IMG/VR virus record: IMGVR_UViG_3300032213_000542
Location: 1,966 to 65,965 of that record
Length of the DNA stretch: 64,000 nucleotides
From: a virus
Taxonomy: Duplodnaviria > Caudoviricetes
Direction: 5' to 3' (one strand)
Positions 1 through 7,486 of the stretch are shown one piece after another (positions within the stretch are counted from its first letter, which is position 1; each line of letters begins with the position of its first letter). Made by a program: the position numbers and the translations under genes. The notes under the pieces are model-generated. The model did no database searches. It was given only the letters and a program-made list of their open reading frames with translations, and was not told where the DNA came from.

Positions 1-40
1 CGCCACAGCCAGCACCACTGCCTTGGTAATTTAAGCCGCC

Positions 41-835
41 ATGTTTGGCCTCAACCCAGTATCGTCAACGTCGTTTTCAACGGTAGGGGAGTTTCTTTAC
101 CCGTTTATTGTTGAATCCGCTACGGCGACTGATACTGTGGCTGTTGCCTCCAGTGCGTTTGCTGCACAAGCCGTCGAATCTGCCTCGGCTAATGATGCTG
201 TTTTTGGGGTACCCCTCTTTAGCACGCAGGTTGTTGAGGCTGTTTTGGCTGCGGATGCAGCGCTTGTTGCGGCCAGTACGTTTTCGGCAATAAGCCTTGA
301 AACTGCCCTAGCGACGGAAACAGTTGCCTCTTTGGGGGTGTTAAACGCGGCCCTTGCCGAAACTGCCACAGGTTCAGAAACCACCGCTGCGCAGCTAGAT
401 TTACCAGCCACCATTACCGAGTCTGCCGCAGGGTCAGAGACAAACGTATCTACGATTGGTTTTGCTGCCACAATTTTGGAATCTGCACTCGGTGCCGACT
501 CCGTTGCGGTTGCGCCGTCCATTTTTGGTGCTGCTGTAGAAGAGGTTGCCAATGCGCTCGATACGCTGGTTGCGGCTGCGGTCTTCCTAGCTTCCGTTTC
601 TGAGAACTCTCAGGGTGCCGATGCAATTTTGGCTCGCTTCCTGTGGGAAGTTATTGATGACAGCCAGACCGCCGCGTGGCAAAATATCGACGACGCACAA
701 ACTCCAGCATGGGCTTTGATCAACACTGCGCAATTTACGCCGTGGCAAACCATAGATAACGCGCAAAGCTCAGGCTGGACAAACATTGACGACTCACAAG
801 CTCCGGGGTGGGGCGACATCCCAACCGCTGAATAA
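41..835 (+). CDS. Putative virion/tail-associated repeat protein
   Basis: 264 aa, Ala/Thr/Ser-rich; ~20-aa E-S-A-x-A-x-D/E repeats and five C-terminal 11-aa D-x-x-Q-x-x-x-W repeats; in the tail region. Confidence 0.6.
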   Translation: MFGLNPVSSTSFSTVGEFLYPFIVESATATDTVAVASSAFAAQAVESASANDAVFGVPLFSTQVVEAVLAADAALVAASTFSAISLETALATETVASLGVLNAALAETATGSETTAAQLDLPATITESAAGSETNVSTIGFAATILESALGADSVAVAPSIFGAAVEEVANALDTLVAAAVFLASVSENSQGADAILARFLWEVIDDSQTAAWQNIDDAQTPAWALINTAQFTPWQTIDNAQSSGWTNIDDSQAPGWGDIPTAE

Positions 836-844
836 GGACTAAAA

Positions 845-1435
845 ATGTCATCTTCATACACCACGCTGCTCGGGCTTGTTCTACCAGTTCAGGGCGAACT
901 TGTTGACACTTGGGGCGATACCGTTAACGCACAACTGACGCAGTTGTTGGAAGACTCCATTGCGGGGTACGTCACAGAAAGCGTTACTGCTGGCAACTGG
1001 ACGCTAACCTCTACAGGCTCAGGCGCACCCAACCAAGCACGCTACGCCATCCTGATTGCAACCGGCACCCCCGGCACTACGCGCTATATCTACGCGCCCA
1101 AGCAAAGCAAGAGCTACGTTGTCATCAACAACTCAGACAGTACGATCTACGTCAGCGGTGGGCCCGTATCCCCCACAACAGGAACACCCATCACAGCAGG
1201 CGACTCCGCACTTGTGACTTGGGACACTACCCTGTCGGACTACATCAAGATTGCTGGTGGTGGTGGCGGAGCAACGGGCGGTGGCGGAGACCAAGTGTTT
1301 TTTGAAAACGACCTTACCGTCACGCAAAACTACACCATTGGCGCTACCAAGAACGCAGGAACTTTTGGCCCCGTGTCTATCGCCAGCGGCGTAACCGTAA
1401 CAATACCAAGCACTAGCGTGTGGTCCATCGTCTAA
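845..1435 (+). CDS. Putative tail fibre/adaptor protein
   Basis: 196 aa; AAGGA RBS; N-terminal 'LGLVLPVQGELVDTWGDTVN' and C-terminal 'GATGGGGDQVFFEN...GVTVTIP..SVWSIV' modules typical of phage fibre-associated proteins. Confidence 0.6.
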   Translation: MSSSYTTLLGLVLPVQGELVDTWGDTVNAQLTQLLEDSIAGYVTESVTAGNWTLTSTGSGAPNQARYAILIATGTPGTTRYIYAPKQSKSYVVINNSDSTIYVSGGPVSPTTGTPITAGDSALVTWDTTLSDYIKIAGGGGGATGGGGDQVFFENDLTVTQNYTIGATKNAGTFGPVSIASGVTVTIPSTSVWSIV

Positions 1436-1444
1436 GGAAACAAC

Positions 1445-1978
1445 ATGAGCACCTTAAAAGTCCAAGGTAATGCCAGCGGTTCTGGGGCAATGACCCTGAT
1501 TGCGCCAAACACAAATTCCATGCAGACAATATATCTGCCTGATACGTCAGGCACATTGCTGTTTCAAAACGCGTACAACTCGCTGCCAACAACGTCGATT
1601 CTTGAGACTGCAACGATCACCGCGTCCGCTCCGGCATCTACGACAAACTTTGATGTTGTTACACAATCTGTTCAGTACTACACAACCAACAACGCCAACA
1701 ACTGGACACTGAACGTGCGCGGCAACAGCGCAACTACGTTGAACACAGTAATGTCTATTGGCCAGTCTTTGACTATTGCCATGCTGACCACCAACGGCGT
1801 TACGCCTTACTACATGACAGCCATCCAAGTTGACGGCATAGGTCAAACAATCCGTTGGCAAGGCGGCGCTGCGCCTTCTTCTGGCAACGCTAGTTCAGTA
1901 GATGTATACGGCGTGACCATCATTAAAACAGCGGTTTCTACATACACCGTGCTGGCATCTCAAACCCAGTTCAGGTAA
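1445..1978 (+). CDS. Putative tail fibre-associated protein
   Basis: 177 aa Thr/Asn-rich beta-type sequence with RBS, in fibre cluster. Confidence 0.55.
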   Translation: MSTLKVQGNASGSGAMTLIAPNTNSMQTIYLPDTSGTLLFQNAYNSLPTTSILETATITASAPASTTNFDVVTQSVQYYTTNNANNWTLNVRGNSATTLNTVMSIGQSLTIAMLTTNGVTPYYMTAIQVDGIGQTIRWQGGAAPSSGNASSVDVYGVTIIKTAVSTYTVLASQTQFR

Positions 1979-1986
1979 GGACTGCC

Positions 1987-2805
1987 ATGCCTACACTTGG
2001 AACTTTCGGCGCGGCATCTGCAAGGGGCTTTGGTTTGACCTCTGGCGGGGCGTTTTTACTCGCGATTTCAAGCAACCAGACGAATGCCAATTTGCGTACT
2101 CTTGCAGTTGCTGCCGGGTGGAATCAAAACTCTCCTGTTCTTGCCACGATTAACTCAGGCATTTTTGTAAGCTCAACAAGCACAGGAACACCGGCGCTCA
2201 CAATTAACGGCAGCTTCCCCGGCGGCGTAACGCTCGTCAACAGCGGCACTATTCAGGGTATGGGGGGCGCAGGCGGTCTTGGCGGTGCTGGAAATGGAAC
2301 TGCCCCAAACTTTATTGGCGCTGCTGGTAGTTCTGGTGGTTTGGCTTTGAGTGTTTCTGTTCCAGTGAGCATCAACAACTTGAATCGAATTGCTGGCGGG
2401 GGTGGCGGTGGCGGTGGTGGCGGTGGATCGCAGTACAACGCAGGCAAGAGCGGACTTTGGTCATCTGGCGGTGGTGGCGGCGGCGGTGGTCTTGGTGGTA
2501 CTGGTGGCGCTGCTGGTGGCGGTAGAGCAGGCGGCGCTGGTTCTAGCAGTACAGGTGCATCAGGTACCGCTGGCACGCAGACAACCAATGGCAACGGCGG
2601 CGCTGGCGGCTCTGGTGGTGGAATTGCTGGCGGTAGTGGTGGTGCTGGTGGCTCTTATGGAGCTAACGGAAGCGGTGGTGGGTCTGGCTCACCAAGTAGC
2701 GGTTGGGGTGTTGGTGGAGGCGGCGGAGCCGCTGGTGGTGCAGTGACAGGAAACTCCAACATTACATGGATTGCGACAGGAACACGTAACGGAGGCATTT
2801 CTTAA
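1987..2805 (+). CDS. Glycine-rich putative fibre/receptor-binding protein
   Basis: 272 aa with poly-Gly tracts; AAGGA RBS. Confidence 0.6.
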   Translation: MPTLGTFGAASARGFGLTSGGAFLLAISSNQTNANLRTLAVAAGWNQNSPVLATINSGIFVSSTSTGTPALTINGSFPGGVTLVNSGTIQGMGGAGGLGGAGNGTAPNFIGAAGSSGGLALSVSVPVSINNLNRIAGGGGGGGGGGGSQYNAGKSGLWSSGGGGGGGGLGGTGGAAGGGRAGGAGSSSTGASGTAGTQTTNGNGGAGGSGGGIAGGSGGAGGSYGANGSGGGSGSPSSGWGVGGGGGAAGGAVTGNSNITWIATGTRNGGIS

Positions 2806-3191
2806 TGGATTATCAAATCATTCGCGCAACGCCGGAGATTGGGCAAATAGAAGTGTTGTACAAGGAAGGCGACAAGTCCGTTGCTGCTTACGCTATTGAC
2901 GTCCCAGTGGTAGATGGCGCGTTCCTGACTGGTGATGCGCTTCACAATGAAATCATGCACCGCGCCCCAACATGGGTAAGCCAACGAGCGCAAGAAGTTG
3001 CAACGGCAACTGGCTTTGACCAAATTACTGCGCTTGTGCAACCCCTACCAGTGGACGAACTGACATCTGAACAACAAGCAAACGCAGCTATGTGGGCGCA
3101 AATTGAGTTTGATAAAAAGGCGGCTAAATCACTTGTAAGATTTGGTTTGCTTGAGTCAGACCCTACTGAAATTGGCGTGACTCAACTATGA
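2805..3191 (+). CDS. Hypothetical protein (possible fibre chaperone)
   Basis: 128 aa; TAATG-coupled to the Gly-rich gene. Confidence 0.55.
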   Translation: MDYQIIRATPEIGQIEVLYKEGDKSVAAYAIDVPVVDGAFLTGDALHNEIMHRAPTWVSQRAQEVATATGFDQITALVQPLPVDELTSEQQANAAMWAQIEFDKKAAKSLVRFGLLESDPTEIGVTQL

Positions 3192-3547
3192 GCTTTCCAG
3201 AAACAAAAATGGCCTGCGTGAGTAACCTGTGGTTACGCCAGATGCACTTTGTCAAAGCCGGTGACCGCAACGAAGGCCATGTGCACAACTTCGACCATAT
3301 GACGTTGCTTTCCAAGGGTAGCGTTACGGTTGACGTTGAAGGCCAATTGACGGAGTTCACAGCCCCGCACATGATTTACATCGCCGCAGGCAAGCGCCAT
3401 TTCTTGATTGCTAAAGAGGACGACACAGTGGCATACTGCGTCCATGCCCTGCGCACAGGCGAGCGCGAAGAAGACATCCTTGACCCAGCTATGATTCCGG
3501 CTGGCGTTGATAATCCGTTGGCCGCTGGGCTAGCGCAACCCCTGTAA
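3188..3547 (+). CDS. Cupin-fold protein
   Basis: 'GHVHNFDHMTLLSKGSV...IYIAAGKRH' matches the two-motif cupin His pattern; ATGA overlap. Confidence 0.75.
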   Translation: MSFPETKMACVSNLWLRQMHFVKAGDRNEGHVHNFDHMTLLSKGSVTVDVEGQLTEFTAPHMIYIAAGKRHFLIAKEDDTVAYCVHALRTGEREEDILDPAMIPAGVDNPLAAGLAQPL

Positions 3548-3556
3548 GGAAACAGC

Positions 3557-4411
3557 ATGACTGTAAAAATTGACGGCTCAAATGGCCTTCTCGCAAACTA
3601 CGATTTCCAGACACCGACGACTGGTTTCTCGTATACGTTCACCACATACAACGTGTTGTTTGCTGTCCCTGCCGGTACGCTGGCTACGGGCACTGTGACT
3701 ATGTCTGCCACTCCAGTGGACGGCACGATGTTGACGATTAACTCAACACAGCAGATTACCTCACTGACCATCAACGCCAACACAGGCCAGTCAATCATCG
3801 GCGGTGGTGCAGTTCAATTAAACGCAAACACAAGCCGCCAGTACATGTACCGCGCAGCCAACACAACTTGGTATCTCATCAACGTAGCTGCGGGCAACGT
3901 GGTGGCTTCGGTAAACGGTGCAACGGGAATTGTCACGGGGGTAATTGTCAGTGGAACTTCTGTCGCCTCTACGTCAGGTACGTCCATCGACTTCACAGGT
4001 ATCCCTTCTTGGGCAAAGCGTGTTACTTTGATGTTCAACGGGGTAAGTACCAATGGAACCGCAAATACTCGCGTTCAGTTGGGTGTGTCTGGTGGAGTAG
4101 AAACCACTGGTTACAACTGTACAGCGGGATGGATTGGTGCAAGCTCTGCCGCTGTTCAATCTACTACTGGCTTTGACAGCTATGGAGACTCTGGCGCTCC
4201 ATGTGCAAGACATGGAACATACGTTTTTACTTTAATTGGGTCAAACACTTGGACAATGACAGGTTCTTTCATGGGCGTTAGCGGCGGAAATTTTATATTT
4301 TGTATCGCTGGCTCAAAAGCACTTGCAGCCACTCTCGACCGTGTTCGCATCACAACCACCAACGGCACAGACACCTTTGATGCTGGTTCTATTAACATTC
4401 TTTACGAGTAA
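3557..4411 (+). CDS. Putative tail fibre-associated protein
   Basis: 284 aa; 'VASVNGATG' linker and 'STSGTSIDFTGIPSWAKRVT...LDRVRITTTNGTDTFDAGSINILYE' C-terminal domain. Confidence 0.6.
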   Translation: MTVKIDGSNGLLANYDFQTPTTGFSYTFTTYNVLFAVPAGTLATGTVTMSATPVDGTMLTINSTQQITSLTINANTGQSIIGGGAVQLNANTSRQYMYRAANTTWYLINVAAGNVVASVNGATGIVTGVIVSGTSVASTSGTSIDFTGIPSWAKRVTLMFNGVSTNGTANTRVQLGVSGGVETTGYNCTAGWIGASSAAVQSTTGFDSYGDSGAPCARHGTYVFTLIGSNTWTMTGSFMGVSGGNFIFCIAGSKALAATLDRVRITTTNGTDTFDAGSINILYE

Positions 4412-4416
4412 ATACC

Positions 4417-4554
4417 ATGCCTACCAAAATCATTGTTGACCTTGCCACTGGTGAAGTAACTGAAGTCGAACTTGAAGGCGCGGAGTTAGAGGCGTACAAC
4501 GCGTCATTGGCTGCTCAAGCAGCACAAGCAGCGCAAACTGAAGAAGGAGCATAA
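4417..4554 (+). CDS. Small hypothetical protein (45 aa, possible fibre chaperone)
   Basis: Read from sequence, below the ORF-track cutoff: MPTKIIVDLATGEVTEVELEG...; fills the gap between fibre genes. Confidence 0.6.
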   Translation: MPTKIIVDLATGEVTEVELEGAELEAYNASLAAQAAQAAQTEEGA

Positions 4555-4556
4555 CC

Positions 4557-5030
4557 ATGCCAGTATCAATTAGCGGAACAACCGGCTATGCCGGACCCCT
4601 TGGGGCAATCACGGTAGACACCGGCTCTATCGTCAACAACGCTGTAACTCCAGCAAAGATGTCGCGCTCAGGCACTTCGGGCCAAGTGTTGACTTCTGGC
4701 GGCGCGGGTGCAGACCCTTCATATCAGTCTTTGCCTTCTGGCGTAACTTCCGCAGCCGCAGGTAACGGTATTGCTGTCTCTGCCTCGACAGGCGCTGTGA
4801 CGTTTAGTGCTGCTGCGCCTACGTTTAACTCTGTTGGAAGCTACGCAAATGCCATTCTTGTTGCAAGCTCTATAAGTTCAGGTTCCACTTATTCTGCGGG
4901 CGCAAACTTACTTTCAACCGATTTTTTTAATTTTCAAACTACAAATAACCTTTCAGGCACGTGGCGATGGATGGGCGCAACTCAAAGTGGAGTAAGCAAC
5001 ATCGCTGGAGTTTTTGTTCGCACTGTGTAA
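4557..5030 (+). CDS. Putative short fibre protein
   Basis: 157 aa; 'AVTPAKM', 'GTSGQVLTSGG', 'LSGTWRWMG' fibre-type motifs; AAGGAG RBS. Confidence 0.6.
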   Translation: MPVSISGTTGYAGPLGAITVDTGSIVNNAVTPAKMSRSGTSGQVLTSGGAGADPSYQSLPSGVTSAAAGNGIAVSASTGAVTFSAAAPTFNSVGSYANAILVASSISSGSTYSAGANLLSTDFFNFQTTNNLSGTWRWMGATQSGVSNIAGVFVRTV

Positions 5031-5039
5031 GGAAAAATC

Positions 5040-5285
5040 ATGGTAACTATTGAATCAGCAACAAATCCTGTTTACGCAAACGCAGATGGAACGTGTATTA
5101 CTCTTCAAGTTAAGTTTGAAGAGTTTGCCGAGGTGATGCCTTTTGGCGCTACTCCATTTGACCCAATGCCTTACGGTGTTGAGTTATACAACCGCGCATT
5201 GGCCGGTGAGTTTGGGGCTATTGAACCTTTTGTTGCTCCGGCGGAACCAGTACAGCCAACAACACAAAGCGCTCAAACCCTATGA
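5040..5285 (+). CDS. Tail fibre assembly chaperone-like protein
   Basis: 'PFGATPFDPMPYGVELYNRALAGEFGAI' is typical of Tfa-like N-terminal domains. Confidence 0.6.
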   Translation: MVTIESATNPVYANADGTCITLQVKFEEFAEVMPFGATPFDPMPYGVELYNRALAGEFGAIEPFVAPAEPVQPTTQSAQTL

Positions 5286-5425
5286 TTTACCCCGGCTCTG
5301 TCCCAGAGTTTCGTGTGCTTGTAAAAGCAGACGGCGCACAAGTTTTGCAAGTGCGCTACATCAACTCGACTCAAGGGTACACGGGTAAATGGCAAGACGT
5401 ACCGGTGGTACAAGAGCAAACCTAA
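5282..5425 (+). CDS. Small hypothetical protein (47 aa)
   Basis: MIYPGSVPEFRVLVKADG...WQDVPVVQEQT; ATGA overlap with the upstream gene. Confidence 0.55.
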   Translation: MIYPGSVPEFRVLVKADGAQVLQVRYINSTQGYTGKWQDVPVVQEQT

Positions 5426-5428
5426 GAT

Positions 5429-6163
5429 GTGGACCCAATCAGCCTTCTTCTTATGGCTCAGAGTGCAGTGGGTGCTATTCGCGCCGGTTGCCAAATGCTT
5501 TCAGAAGGGAAGGCTGAAATTGGAAAATTCAAAAAACAAGTTGAAGGCGGAATTGCGGACGCTAAAGCAATCTATAAAGAAGTCACTGGGTTCTGGGGAT
5601 GGATTACAGGTCTATTCGGAGCGCCTGCTAAACATACTGGAAGCCCTAGTGCCAAGCAAACCCAAGTCGCCGAAGCTTCCAAGCCAGCAAAAAAAACTAA
5701 ACGAGAGCCAGAACCCGAACTGACCTTTGAGGAGTTTCAAGCGCGTGCGGTGCATGACATCTGCGAAAACTTAAAAATTTACTTTGAGGCTATGCGCCAG
5801 CTCAAAGCACACTGCCGGGAACTAGACGAGTTGGCACTGACCACCGACAAAGTTGCCGATAGTGCGATTGACCGAATTGAGATTCAATGGCAGATGAATC
5901 AACTGTCCGCGCAGTTGAAGCAGGCCATGATCTACGGTACGCCAGAGTCCTTGGGGCTAGGGTCGATGTACAAAGAGTTTCTTGTCAAGTACGACGAGAT
6001 TTTGGAGGAGCAGGAAGTTGCTCGCGAACTCAAAGCAAAGAGGGAACGGGATAACCGATGGCGACTAGAGCACCGCAGAGAAATCCTGATCGCCAAAGTG
6101 ACCTACGTGGTGGCAGTGGCGCTGGGGGCGCTGCAACTGATTGGAATGTATTTCACTCTATGA
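5429..6163 (+). CDS. Hypothetical coiled-coil protein with C-terminal TM helix
   Basis: 244 aa, GTG start, hydrophobic C-terminus; directly upstream of lysis genes. Confidence 0.65.
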   Translation: MDPISLLLMAQSAVGAIRAGCQMLSEGKAEIGKFKKQVEGGIADAKAIYKEVTGFWGWITGLFGAPAKHTGSPSAKQTQVAEASKPAKKTKREPEPELTFEEFQARAVHDICENLKIYFEAMRQLKAHCRELDELALTTDKVADSAIDRIEIQWQMNQLSAQLKQAMIYGTPESLGLGSMYKEFLVKYDEILEEQEVARELKAKRERDNRWRLEHRREILIAKVTYVVAVALGALQLIGMYFTL

Positions 6164-6336
6164 AGGAATTTTGGTTCTGGGTAGCCATCGTCACGCTGAT
6201 CATCTTTTGCTTGATGGGACTGTCCTTTGCCATAATCCACGTAAACAAGCAGATCACCAAGGCTGAAGTTATTTTGCAACGCGCCGAGCAACTGGAGAAA
6301 AAGCGCTCGAAGCTCGAACCTAAGAAGGACGAATAA
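6160..6336 (+). CDS. Small membrane protein (58 aa)
   Basis: MKEFWFWVAIVTLIIFCLMGLSFAII; ATGA overlap; one TM helix plus charged tail. Confidence 0.6.
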   Translation: MKEFWFWVAIVTLIIFCLMGLSFAIIHVNKQITKAEVILQRAEQLEKKRSKLEPKKDE

Positions 6337-6818
6337 TGTTACCCATCATTGCAGGCATCGTAGCCAACCTCATCAACAACGGGATGCACAAGGTAGCCGA
6401 CGAGGTTATTGAAAAGGGTGTTGACGCCGTTCAGCAAAAACTTGGTATGGAACTTAAACCCGAAGGCGAAGCCACCCCCGAGTACAACGCCAAGCTGCAA
6501 GAAGAGGCCAACCGCCACAGCGAGTTCATGGCTGCGCTTGACGAGAAGTCCACCCAGCGTGCAACTGACATGTACATGGCCGACCCCAGCACGCGAGCGT
6601 TCACCCAGCACTACGCTTGGTTCTTGACCTTTGTGTCGTTCCTGTATTTCTTCTTGGTGTCATTCATGCCGATTGACAACCACAACCGCGACTTCATCAA
6701 CATCATCTTGGGTTTCCTGATCGGCACCGCGGTGAACTCCCTCATCCGCTTCTTCTACGGCAGCAGCAACAAGAGCCAAGAGGCTGTTGACCAAAAGCAA
6801 AAGGAACAACAACCATGA
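6336..6818 (+). CDS. Putative holin
   Basis: 160 aa with two C-terminal TM segments ending 'FFYGSS'; immediately upstream of the endolysin. Confidence 0.6.
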   Translation: MLPIIAGIVANLINNGMHKVADEVIEKGVDAVQQKLGMELKPEGEATPEYNAKLQEEANRHSEFMAALDEKSTQRATDMYMADPSTRAFTQHYAWFLTFVSFLYFFLVSFMPIDNHNRDFINIILGFLIGTAVNSLIRFFYGSSNKSQEAVDQKQKEQQP

Positions 6819-7471
6819 AGCCAGAAAGCCCACTGCTTGTCGCGGCTGGGGTGAAGGACCCCGCCAAATGGTTGGACGCTGTGGTTGAGACCTGCGTTGA
6901 GTTCGAGATCAACACGCCACAACGCGTTGCCGCGTTCCTAGCGCAAACTAGCCACGAGTCCGGCGGCTACACCATGCTGACCGAGAACCTGAACTACCGC
7001 GCCGCTACGCTAGCCGCGTGCTGGCCCAACCGCTTCGCTGTCCTTGGTGCTGACAAAAAACCCATCAAAGAAAACGGTAAGTTAGTACCCACTGCTGTGG
7101 CAAACAGCATAGCAGGTAAGCCGGAGCTTATTGCCAACTTGGTTTACAGCTCACGTATGGGCAACGGCCCTGCCGAATCTGGTGAGGGGTGGCTGTACCG
7201 CGGCAGGGGTCTGAAGCAATTGACCGGCAAGGACAACTACACTAGGTGCGGGGCAGGGCTTGGTGTTGACCTTGTAAGTACGCCTGACAAGTTGCTTGAG
7301 CCTATGTACGCTGCACGCTCGGCTGGCTGGTTCTGGAAAACAAACAAGCTGTCTGACTATGCAGACCGTGGCGACCTTGAAGGCATGACCAAACGCATCA
7401 ACGGCGGGCTGATAGGCTACGCCGAGCGCAAAGCTAAGTACGACAAGGTGCTTGCCGCTATCAACGCTTAA
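6815..7471 (+). CDS. Endolysin, glycoside hydrolase family 19
   Basis: 'RVAAFLAQTSHESGG', 'ENLNY', 'YRGRGLKQLTGKDNY', 'TKRINGG' GH19 signatures. Confidence 0.92.
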   Translation: MKPESPLLVAAGVKDPAKWLDAVVETCVEFEINTPQRVAAFLAQTSHESGGYTMLTENLNYRAATLAACWPNRFAVLGADKKPIKENGKLVPTAVANSIAGKPELIANLVYSSRMGNGPAESGEGWLYRGRGLKQLTGKDNYTRCGAGLGVDLVSTPDKLLEPMYAARSAGWFWKTNKLSDYADRGDLEGMTKRINGGLIGYAERKAKYDKVLAAINA

Positions 7472-7486
7472 TGAGAAAATGCCGTC

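Noticed and set aside
2390-2740. GGT/GGC tandem runs as a DNA repeat or diversity-generating element
   Set aside because: Explained by poly-Gly coding; no reverse transcriptase or template/variable repeat pair seen
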